34,510 bases of DNA from Rhodocyclaceae bacterium (GTDB lineage Bacteria; Pseudomonadota; Gammaproteobacteria; Burkholderiales; Rhodocyclaceae), in NCBI GenBank assembly GCA_035564055.1, contig DATMTO010000249.1, positions 1 to 34,510 on the forward strand, written 5' to 3'. A program made the position numbers and the translations under genes. The notes below the pieces were generated by a model, which made no database searches, had not been told where the DNA came from, and saw only the letters and a list, made by a program, of their open reading frames with translations. This document shows, one piece after another, positions 23,651 to 31,458 of this stretch (positions are counted from its first letter, which is position 1; each line of letters opens with the position of its first letter).

Positions 23651-24834
23651 CAAAGCCCGGCAAGACACGCTGTTATCTCAGCGCCCTCGGCATCGTCAAT
23701 GCGCTCGGCAACGACAGCGCTGCGGTGGCCACTGCGCTGTTTGCCGGTTCCACGCTTGGCATGGCGCAAGAAGAAGGCTGGATGCCAGAAGGCCTCGTGC
23801 GCATCGGCAAGGTCCGGGACGAATTGCCTTCGCTCATTGGGAGCCGCGACGACAGTCGCAACAATCGCATGCTGCTGGCGGCCACGGGGCAGATCGAGCC
23901 CGAGCTGGCCGACGCTATTGCGCGCCACGGCCGGGCGCGTATCGGGGTGGTTCTCGGTACCAGCACTTCAGGCATCTCCGAGGGCGAGGCGGCGCTCGCG
24001 ATGCGCGCAAAGAGCGGCGAGCTGCCCGGCAACTACGATTATGCGCAGCAGGAAATCGGAGCGCCGGCCCCCTTCCTGGCCAGACATCTGGGGCTCGACG
24101 GCCCGGCCTATACCGTATCCACGGCATGTACCTCGAGCGCCAAGGCTTTTGTCTCTGCGCGCAATCTTCTCGACACGGGCTTATGCGACGCCGTTATCGT
24201 CGGCGGCGTCGATACGCTTTGCCGACTGACGCTCAACGGTTTCGGCGCGCTCGAATCGACCAGCCCGGCTTTATGTCTGCCGCTGAGCGTCAACCGGCGC
24301 GGCATCAATATCGGCGAAGGAGCTGCGGTATTCCTGATGACGCGCGAGCCAGCGTCGATCGAATTTCTGGGCGCCGGAGAAAGCAGCGACGCCCACCATA
24401 TCTCGGCGCCGCATCCGGAAGGTCTGGGGGCGGAGGCGGCAATGCGCGCCGCGCTCGCTGACGCCGATCTGTCGAGCTGCGATATCGACTATCTCAATCT
24501 GCATGCCACCGCCACGCCGAAGAACGATGAAATGGAAAGCCGTGCAGTAGCTCGCGTCTTCCCCGGCGGCGTGCCAGTCAGCGGCACCAAGCCCATGACC
24601 GGCCATACCTTGGGCGCCGCTGGCGCCACCGAACTCGCCTTCTGCTGGCTGGCCCTGCAGCATGACCGACTGCCGCCGCATGTTTGGGACAATCAGCCCG
24701 ATCCGGCTTTGCCCCATCTGCAGACGGTGCCCGCCGGCATGGTATTTCGCCGTACGCAACGCAGGGCCTGCATGAGCAACTCCTTTGCCTTCGGCGGCAG
24801 CAATGCCAGCCTCATCATCGGCGATGCAAGATAA
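23647..24834 (+). CDS. Beta-ketoacyl-ACP synthase with C-H-H triad (ApeO-like)
   Basis: 395 aa from the ATGA-overlapped ATG at 23647. The 565-aa ORF-track version is an out-of-context upstream extension across DUF3261. The active-site Cys is in VSTACTSSAKAF, the His motifs are NLHATATP and TGHTLGAAG, and the C-terminal motif is NSFAFGGSNASL. Confidence 0.9.
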   Translation: MTKPGKTRCYLSALGIVNALGNDSAAVATALFAGSTLGMAQEEGWMPEGLVRIGKVRDELPSLIGSRDDSRNNRMLLAATGQIEPELADAIARHGRARIGVVLGTSTSGISEGEAALAMRAKSGELPGNYDYAQQEIGAPAPFLARHLGLDGPAYTVSTACTSSAKAFVSARNLLDTGLCDAVIVGGVDTLCRLTLNGFGALESTSPALCLPLSVNRRGINIGEGAAVFLMTREPASIEFLGAGESSDAHHISAPHPEGLGAEAAMRAALADADLSSCDIDYLNLHATATPKNDEMESRAVARVFPGGVPVSGTKPMTGHTLGAAGATELAFCWLALQHDRLPPHVWDNQPDPALPHLQTVPAGMVFRRTQRRACMSNSFAFGGSNASLIIGDAR

Positions 24835-25306
24835 TATGGCTCCTACCTTTCCGCCTATTGCAGAGCTTATTGCCCATCGCGGCAACATGCTGTTGCTGGA
24901 CCGGCTACTTGCTGCCGATGACGAGTCGTGCAGTGCAGAATACACGCCACGAAATAACGAGTGGTACGCGGATGCCAACGGCAACATGCCGGCGTGGATC
25001 GGCATCGAGCTGATGGCGCAAACCATCGCCGCCTATGTCGGCATGCAGAAGCGCTCGTCCGGCCAGCCGCCCAAGCAAGGCGTGCTGCTCGGAACCCGCA
25101 GCTACAAAACTACGGCCGCCAGTTACGTTACAGGGGCTCCCCTGCGTATCGAGGCTCGTGTATCGTTCAGGGATGAAAGCGGTCTGGGTGCATTCGAGTG
25201 CACCATCAGCCGCCCAGGGAACTCAGAAGAAGCGCTCGCCACTGCCATGCTCAAGGTGTACGAGCCGGAAGATTTTGATGCATTCATCAAGGGGAAACAG
25301 CCATGA
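24824..25306 (+). CDS. Hot-dog fold dehydratase (ApeP-like)
   Basis: The sequence has LIAHRGNMLLLDRLL and WIGIELMAQTIAAYVG. The start is ambiguous: the ATG at 24824 overlaps the upstream gene by 11 nt, and the ATG at 24836 lies 1 nt after the KS stop. Confidence 0.8.
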   Translation: MQDNMAPTFPPIAELIAHRGNMLLLDRLLAADDESCSAEYTPRNNEWYADANGNMPAWIGIELMAQTIAAYVGMQKRSSGQPPKQGVLLGTRSYKTTAASYVTGAPLRIEARVSFRDESGLGAFECTISRPGNSEEALATAMLKVYEPEDFDAFIKGKQP

Positions 25307-26022
25307 GCAAACGCCGGGTTCTCGTAACCGGGTCTAGCCGCGGCATCGGGCGCGCCATTGCGCAGCGTCTTGCGCGCGACGGTTTCGCGCTGACCGTACA
25401 CTGCCGCTCCGGCCGCGTGGAAGCCGATCAGCTTGCAGCAGAGCTGGGTGGCGACGCCCGGGTTCTGCAATTCGACGTCAGCGACCGCACCGCCGCACGC
25501 GCGGCACTGGAAGCCGAGCTCGCAGCCCACGGCGCCTACTACGGTATTGTCTGCAACGCAGGCATATCGCGCGACAACGCCTTTCCGGCACTTAGCGACG
25601 AGGATTGGGACAGTGTTCTGGATACCAGTCTTGATGGCTTCTTCAACGTCGTCCATCCGCTCTGTATGCCTATGGTGCGAGCTAAGCAGGGCGGCCGTAT
25701 CGTCACCATGGCGTCGGTTTCCGGCGTAATGGGCAACCGTGGACAGGTCAACTACAGTGCGGCGAAGGCCGGCCTCATCGGAGCCACCAAGGCCTTGGCC
25801 GTCGAGCTTGCCAGCCGCAGGATCACCGTCAATTGCGTCGCTCCGGGCCTGATCGAAACCGACATGATTTCCGACGTGCCGATGGATGATGCGCTCAAGG
25901 TGGTACCGATGAACCGCGCAGGTACGGTCGATGAGGTTGCAGCAGTTGTTTCCTTTCTCATGTCCGACGACGCCTCCTATGTGACGCGTCAGGTCATCGG
26001 CGTCAGTGGGGGGATTGTCTGA
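25303..26022 (+). CDS. SDR-family 3-oxoacyl-ACP reductase (FabG paralogue, ApeQ-like)
   Basis: The Rossmann motif is VTGSSRGIGRAIA. NAGI is present, and the catalytic Ser...YSAAK is in ASVSGVMGNRGQVNYSAAKAG. The start forms an ATGA overlap. Confidence 0.9.
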   Translation: MSKRRVLVTGSSRGIGRAIAQRLARDGFALTVHCRSGRVEADQLAAELGGDARVLQFDVSDRTAARAALEAELAAHGAYYGIVCNAGISRDNAFPALSDEDWDSVLDTSLDGFFNVVHPLCMPMVRAKQGGRIVTMASVSGVMGNRGQVNYSAAKAGLIGATKALAVELASRRITVNCVAPGLIETDMISDVPMDDALKVVPMNRAGTVDEVAAVVSFLMSDDASYVTRQVIGVSGGIV

Positions 26023-27248
26023 TGAGGCGTGTCGTTGTAACTGGCATGGGTGGCGTCACTGCGCTCGGCGATACCTGGACTGACATCGAGTTGAGTCTGC
26101 GCAGCGGCCGCAATGCCGTACGCACCATGCCGGAATGGGCGCATTTCGACATGCTTAACACCAAGCTGGCGGCGCCGATAGCCCACTTCGAAGCACCGTC
26201 CCACTATCCACGCAAGATGGTCCGCTCAATGGGCCCAGTGTCTCTCTTCGCCGTGCGGGCCAGCGAAATGGCGCTCGCCGATGCCGGCCTGCTCGACAAC
26301 CCCGGCGTCAAGGACGGGCGCATGGGCATCGCCTACGGCTCATCTTCCGGCAGCGTCGAACCCGTCAAAGTCTTCGGTCGCATGCTGGAAACCGGCTCCA
26401 TGCAGGGGGTCACTTCGACCAGCTATATCCAGATGATGCCGCACAGTGCGGCCGTTAACGTTGCCCTGTTCTTCGGCCTCAAGGGACGCGTGATCCCGAC
26501 GTCAAGCGCCTGCACCTCGGGCAGCCAGGGTATCGGCTATGCCTATGAGGCGATCCGCTTCGGGCGACAGCAACTGATGCTGGCCGGCGGCGCCGAAGAG
26601 TTGTCTGCGCCCGGCGCGGCCGTATTCGACACTCTGTTTGCCACCAGCTGCAAGAACGACACGCCGGAGGCGACGCCACGCCCCTTTGACGCGACCCGCG
26701 ACGGCCTTGTCATCGGTGAAGGCGCCGCCACGCTGGTGCTGGAAGAGTATGAGCATGCGATGGCGCGTGGCGCGCGCATCTACGCCGAGATCGTGGGCTA
26801 TGCGAGCAATTCGGATGGCAGTCATGTGACCCAGCCGGAGGCTGAGACCATGGCCGTCGTCATGGAGATGGCGCTCAAGGACGCCGGGCTTTCTGCCTGC
26901 GCCGTCGGCTACATCAGCGCCCATGGCACCGCCACTGATCGTGGCGACCTGGCGGAAAGCCACGCCACCCACAGGATATTCGGCGCCCATACGCCAATTA
27001 GCTCGACCAAGAGCTACATCGGCCACAGCCTTGGCGCCTGTGGTGCCATCGAAGCTTGGTGGACGATAGAGATGATGCGTCGAAAGTGGTTTGCTCCGAC
27101 CATCAATCTGGACAATCCCGACCCCGCCTGCGCGGAGTTGGATCACATTACCGGCGTCGGCCGCAATCTAGACCTCGAATACGCCGTGAGCAACAACTTC
27201 GCTTTCGGCGGCATCAATACCTCGCTGATTTTCAAAAACATCCAGTAG
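26022..27248 (+). CDS. Beta-ketoacyl-ACP synthase, FabF-like, with C-H-H triad (ApeR-like)
   Basis: The active-site Cys is in PTSSACTSGSQG, the His motifs are SAHGTATD and IGHSLGACG, and the C-terminal motif is NNFAFGGINTSL. The start forms a TGATG overlap. Confidence 0.9.
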   Translation: MRRVVVTGMGGVTALGDTWTDIELSLRSGRNAVRTMPEWAHFDMLNTKLAAPIAHFEAPSHYPRKMVRSMGPVSLFAVRASEMALADAGLLDNPGVKDGRMGIAYGSSSGSVEPVKVFGRMLETGSMQGVTSTSYIQMMPHSAAVNVALFFGLKGRVIPTSSACTSGSQGIGYAYEAIRFGRQQLMLAGGAEELSAPGAAVFDTLFATSCKNDTPEATPRPFDATRDGLVIGEGAATLVLEEYEHAMARGARIYAEIVGYASNSDGSHVTQPEAETMAVVMEMALKDAGLSACAVGYISAHGTATDRGDLAESHATHRIFGAHTPISSTKSYIGHSLGACGAIEAWWTIEMMRRKWFAPTINLDNPDPACAELDHITGVGRNLDLEYAVSNNFAFGGINTSLIFKNIQ

Positions 27249-27280
27249 CACCTTACATCGTCGTCAATAAAGGAGAGGCC

Positions 27281-27697
27281 ATGCAGACCAAGCTATTTTC
27301 GATATTCCTGATGCTGACCGCACTCGTGGCCGGGCCCGCGCATGCTCGCCAATCGGTGCCGGTGATCAATATAGAGAACGCGCTCATTACCACGAGCAGC
27401 GGTAAGACGCCGACGCTGGCCCAAGTCAAGCAGAGCATTGTAGCTGCGGGCGCCGCCCAGGGCTGGCAGCTCTCCGAGACAGCAGACGGCAAGCTGCTCG
27501 CCTCGCTAACAGTGCGCGGCAAGCACTTCATGACGATCGAAATTCCCTATACGACGGCGCAATATTCGCTCCTCTACAAGAGCAGTGTGAATCTGAACTA
27601 TGAAGTTTTGGAAGGCGTGCCGGTCATCCATCCGAACTACAACAAATGGGTTCAGACCTTCGGCAACAATATTCGCGTCGAGCTGTCAAAGCTCTAA
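27281..27697 (+). CDS. Secreted protein of unknown function
   Basis: The ATG at 27281 is preceded by AAGGAGAGG. The signal peptide is MQTKLFSIFLMLTALVAGPAHA/RQ. 138 aa, with no motif I can name. The 213-aa ORF-track version overlaps the KS 3' end. Confidence 0.7.
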   Translation: MQTKLFSIFLMLTALVAGPAHARQSVPVINIENALITTSSGKTPTLAQVKQSIVAAGAAQGWQLSETADGKLLASLTVRGKHFMTIEIPYTTAQYSLLYKSSVNLNYEVLEGVPVIHPNYNKWVQTFGNNIRVELSKL

Positions 27698-27724
27698 ACC
27701 GGATCGGCGGGAAAGACGGTTCGC

Positions 27725-28939
27725 ATGCAGAAGCGCCGCGTCGTTGTTACTGGCATGGGTATCGTGTCATGCCTCGGCAATGGTTCGGGCGCGGTCACAC
27801 ACGCGCTGCGTAATCGCATCTCAGGCATACGCTATATTCCCGAATATGCCGAACTCGGCTTGCGCAGCCATGTGGCAGGCGTGCCAGATATCACCGACCT
27901 GCCGCCGGTGGACAGAAAGATCCGGCGCTTCATGGGCGATGCGGCCTTGTATGCCTACCATGCAATGCGCGGCGCAATTGCCGATGCGGGGCTCGACGGT
28001 GCGCAGGTTTCCTCCATCCGCACAGGCCTCATCGTCGGTTCCGGCGTCGGCTCGCTCTACGAACACCATCAGGTGGTCGATGCCTTGCGCGAGCGCGGCA
28101 TGAGCAAGGTGATTCCTTACAGCGTACCGCGCATTATGGGCAGCACCGCATCGGCCTGCCTTTCCACCGCCTTCGGAATGCGCGGCACCAGCTATTCGAT
28201 CACCTCTGCCTGCGCTACTTCTGCGCACTGCATAGGCCAGGGCGCCGAACTCATTCAGCTCGGCAAGCAGGATGTGGTCTTTGCTGGAGGCGCCGAAGAG
28301 GTGCGCTGGACCTCAACCCTGCCGTTCGATGCCATGGGAGCCCTATCAACCGCCACGCCCGACAGCACCGCATCGCGCCCTTACGATAGGGACCGGGACG
28401 GCTTTGTGATTGCCGGTGGCGGCGGCATGCTGGTACTCGAGGAGCTGGGACATGCGCTCAAGCGCGGCGCAACCATCCATGCAGAACTGTGCGGCTACGG
28501 CACCTGCTCCGACGGGGCCGACATGGTGGCACCATCAGGCGAGGGTGCAGTTCGCGCCATGCGGCTCGCGCTATCCGAATCACCCGGCCAGATTGACTAC
28601 ATCAACACGCATGCCACCTCGACCCAGGCCGGGGACATTAGCGAACTGGTTGCCATACGCGAAGTGTTCGGTCCAGACATGCCACCACTTTCCTCGACCA
28701 AAGGACTGACAGGCCACCCGATTGCTGCATCAGCGGTGCATGAAGCTATCTATTCGCTACTCATGATGAAGCACAACTTTCTGGCGGGCTGCACACATCT
28801 CCGGACCCCCGACCCAGCTCTCGCAGGCTTTCCGGTGCTGCTCGAAAACCGCGAGCAAGCCATCAACAGCTTCATGTCCAACAGCTTCGGCTTTGGCGGA
28901 ACCAATGCCAGCCTGGTATTCCGCCGATTCGACAATTGA
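27725..28939 (+). CDS. Beta-ketoacyl-ACP synthase I, FabB-like paralogue
   Basis: It is collinear with my memory of E. coli FabB across the full length: [115 protein letters not shown] and [14 protein letters not shown]. The second His motif is [11 protein letters not shown] rather than GHSLGAAG. Confidence 0.85.
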   Translation: MQKRRVVVTGMGIVSCLGNGSGAVTHALRNRISGIRYIPEYAELGLRSHVAGVPDITDLPPVDRKIRRFMGDAALYAYHAMRGAIADAGLDGAQVSSIRTGLIVGSGVGSLYEHHQVVDALRERGMSKVIPYSVPRIMGSTASACLSTAFGMRGTSYSITSACATSAHCIGQGAELIQLGKQDVVFAGGAEEVRWTSTLPFDAMGALSTATPDSTASRPYDRDRDGFVIAGGGGMLVLEELGHALKRGATIHAELCGYGTCSDGADMVAPSGEGAVRAMRLALSESPGQIDYINTHATSTQAGDISELVAIREVFGPDMPPLSSTKGLTGHPIAASAVHEAIYSLLMMKHNFLAGCTHLRTPDPALAGFPVLLENREQAINSFMSNSFGFGGTNASLVFRRFDN

Positions 28940-28957
28940 TCCAAGGAAGGAGAAACC

Positions 28958-29410
28958 ATGTCTTACAGCCTGACCGCAGTTAAAGCCTCTATTCTCGTCG
29001 TTGCGCTTGCCATGACCGGCACCGCCGTCGCCCGGGATGATCACAATATGTACCCGCTTGAGGACGCCCTGAATACTCCGGCCGCGCAGGAAAAGCTGAA
29101 CAAGGACATCAAGCTCTACTTCGGTAAACAGAAATCGCCCAAGGCGACGAAGCAACTCGGCGAATGGAAGACGAACAAGAAGACAAATGCCTTCAACAAG
29201 ACAGACAAGGAAGCGTGCGAGTGGACCTTCTTGAGTGCAGTACTTGAACTGCAGGAGCGCGCCCTGAAGGAGGGCGGCAACGCCGTCGTCAATATTGTCA
29301 GCAACTACAAGAACCAGGAAACCAGCAGCGAGACCGAATACATGTGCGGCAATGGCGCACTGATGGCGGGAGTGGCGCTCAAGGGCACAGTCATCAGGAC
29401 GGGCAAATGA
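28958..29410 (+). CDS. Secreted protein of unknown function with a conserved-looking Cys pair
   Basis: The SD AAGGAAGGAGA lies upstream. The signal peptide is ...LVVALAMTGTAVA/RDD. 150 aa. The C-terminal part, GGNAVVNIVSNYKNQETSSETEYMCGNGALMAGVALKGTVI, is faintly YbjQ/DUF74-like. This is a weak impression only. Confidence 0.65.
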   Translation: MSYSLTAVKASILVVALAMTGTAVARDDHNMYPLEDALNTPAAQEKLNKDIKLYFGKQKSPKATKQLGEWKTNKKTNAFNKTDKEACEWTFLSAVLELQERALKEGGNAVVNIVSNYKNQETSSETEYMCGNGALMAGVALKGTVIRTGK

Positions 29411-29889
29411 CGGCTACCTCCCCCTCACGCGGCCTCACCCTCGTGGTGGCTGTGCTCTTATTGTCGTTGCTGCCGGCCTGCTCCATCCGGCAAACCGTCA
29501 AACCCGTTGCGTATACTGGCGAAAATCAAGTCTGCGTCATTGAGAACCCGTCCGTTCGGCCCGGATTCATCGAAGCCTACAAGCGCACACTGATCGACAA
29601 GGGGTATGTCGTGCGTCAACTGCCAGCAAACGCTTCGCTGATCGAATGTCCGACGACATCGACTTATTTAGCGCTCTGGCGTTGGGATCTTGCCCTGTAC
29701 ATGGCCTATGCCGACATCAAGGTGTACGGCAATGCCAAGCTGGTTGGCGAGGCGATTTACGACTCGCAACGCGGTAGTGGCAATCTGGGGAAGTTCATTG
29801 ATGCCGATAAGAAAATTGCCGAGCTTGTAAACCAGTTGTTCCCAGGTGGGGCCCGGCTGTCAGCCCCGCAACAGCAGACACTAGAGTAA
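29407..29889 (+). CDS. Lipoprotein of unknown function
   Basis: The ATG at 29407 forms an ATGA overlap. The lipobox is LLPAC (LTLVVAVLLLSLLPACS). 160 aa. It is the last gene of the co-directional block. Confidence 0.7.
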   Translation: MTATSPSRGLTLVVAVLLLSLLPACSIRQTVKPVAYTGENQVCVIENPSVRPGFIEAYKRTLIDKGYVVRQLPANASLIECPTTSTYLALWRWDLALYMAYADIKVYGNAKLVGEAIYDSQRGSGNLGKFIDADKKIAELVNQLFPGGARLSAPQQQTLE

Positions 29890-29897
29890 GCGCTGCT

Positions 29898-29927
29898 CGG
29901 TCAAGCCGTCTCAGGCCGGTTTGACCG
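29898..29927. repeat. Inverted repeat in the 21-nt convergent gap at the end of the APE operon (possible bidirectional terminator)
   Basis: cggtcaa (29898-29904) pairs with ttgaccg (29921-29927). Inner pairs (g05-t20 wobble, c06-g19, c07-g18, g08-c17) are possible. No U-tract lies on either side, and the right arm lies inside the methyltransferase 3' end. Confidence 0.3.
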
Positions 29928-30609
29928 CTACTGCATTGACCAAGGTTTCCTCGCGCTGCTGCGGAACCGGAAGACCTATCCACTCCAGAAAGCCCATGTC
30001 CGGCCGACTCCACCAGAGGAAAGGCAGGCCGATGCGTGAATCCGGCAAGTCGAATCCAGCCTTGCGGATGATCTCAATATATTCCTCTGCCGTCTTCTGC
30101 ACGTCCATAGGGTGCCGGAACAGAAGACGAATCTGCAGAGAATGGATATAACGGCGGGTCGACTCCGCGAACAGAAGCACACCGCCTGGTTTCAGCACGC
30201 GGAAGAATTCAGCCATCGCGGCTTCCTGCTCGACGATGTGGTGAAAGGTCTGATGGCAGAAAATCAGATCAAACTCATTGTCCGGCAAATTCATTGCCGA
30301 TGCATTTGCGTGGTGTAGTCTGACAGGTACCGAACAAGCACTGGCCGCCGCCGTTGCCCGCATCTCCAGGTGCGGATCGGCATCCAAGCCGACGATCAGC
30401 TCAGGAGAGAAACGCACCGCCAGTTCGGCAAAGGAATGGCCAAAGCCGCACCCCACGTCGAGAATACGCGCATAGCGGTTTTCGCCATCGGGAATAAAGG
30501 GCTTCAGCTCGTTCAGCGCCCGGCGCAGCACATGCACCTTCCACGTGGCAGAACGCAAGAACCAGTTGCCGAAACGGGTTTCTTCGACAAATGCGGTGAG
30601 GGAACTCAT
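29911..30609 (-). CDS. Class I SAM-dependent methyltransferase (ApeB-like)
   Basis: Motif I is ILDVGCGFGHSF and the post-I/II region is LKPGGVLLFAE. 232 aa. Its ATG overlaps the PPTase stop (ATGA). Confidence 0.85.
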   Translation of the reverse strand: MSSLTAFVEETRFGNWFLRSATWKVHVLRRALNELKPFIPDGENRYARILDVGCGFGHSFAELAVRFSPELIVGLDADPHLEMRATAAASACSVPVRLHHANASAMNLPDNEFDLIFCHQTFHHIVEQEAAMAEFFRVLKPGGVLLFAESTRRYIHSLQIRLLFRHPMDVQKTAEEYIEIIRKAGFDLPDSRIGLPFLWWSRPDMGFLEWIGLPVPQQREETLVNAVAVKPA

Positions 30610-31289
30610 ATACGGATTTCGATGCGGCAGATTGAAATTGAATTATCAGTACAGCCTTGGCACGCTAGGCCGAGACTGTACTCGCCATCCAGAAGTGTAT
30701 GCGAAAACCACCAGCTTCCGGAATCAAAGGTCCATGGCTGAGGCGTTGCCACCAGACGATCGTCATTTATCAACACCTCCCGCATCGGGTAGTTAACTCC
30801 GTGGCCCAACGCCTTGCCCAACGCCTCCTTCAACACCCATCTCTCATAAAAAAACTCCAGCCGACTCTCGGCCTCAAGCTGCTGAAATTCGGCCAATTCG
30901 TATGGATGCAAAACTTCAACGGCCAGATCCTTAAGGGACTTGCGCGGCTGGATTCGTTCAATATCAATCCCCAGTAAAGCCGTCTCAGCCACAGCACAGA
31001 CGACGCGCCCGTTCGAATGGGACAGACTGATCGCAGGCATGCTTCCGTGCTCGCCGCACACGCATAAGGCGCCGCTTGGCTGCGGTTCAATGCGCCACGT
31101 CAAAGCGCGTTCTCCATAAATCATCGCCAGGCTTTGTCGGGCTAGCATACGTCCGCTCACGAAATCACGGCGACGCTTGATGGTTTCCATTCCTTGCAGG
31201 CGTATCTGGTCTGCTTCAGGCAACGGTGCTGCGGCGATAGCAGTATCGTCCGAATCCAGGACGGGTGAGGTAAAGACGAATATTGGCAT
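30606..31289 (-). CDS. Sfp/EntD-type 4'-phosphopantetheinyl transferase
   Basis: The PPTase motifs are ISLSHSNGRVVCAV, GIDIERI and WVLKEALGKALG. 227 aa. Confidence 0.85.
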   Translation of the reverse strand: MPIFVFTSPVLDSDDTAIAAAPLPEADQIRLQGMETIKRRRDFVSGRMLARQSLAMIYGERALTWRIEPQPSGALCVCGEHGSMPAISLSHSNGRVVCAVAETALLGIDIERIQPRKSLKDLAVEVLHPYELAEFQQLEAESRLEFFYERWVLKEALGKALGHGVNYPMREVLINDDRLVATPQPWTFDSGSWWFSHTLLDGEYSLGLACQGCTDNSISICRIEIRI

Positions 31290-31458
31290 GCGTGGCAGTG
31301 GCTTTCTCAGTGGAAGCGCCTTAGCGGTGCTAGATGCTCCGAATCAACGTAAGTACTTAGCATGAGCCCAGAGACTCCATTTTCATCAAGAAATTACACT
31401 TAATCCAGATACCGCCTCCTATGATGAACGTATAACCCATTCTTTTGGGAGGGCGGAC

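Noticed and set aside
30651-30667. A TGGCAC at 30654-30659, considered as a possible sigma-54 -24 element.
   Set aside because: The sequence 5 nt downstream is gccg rather than the TTGC(A/T) -12 element. The site is also inside the PPTase coding region.
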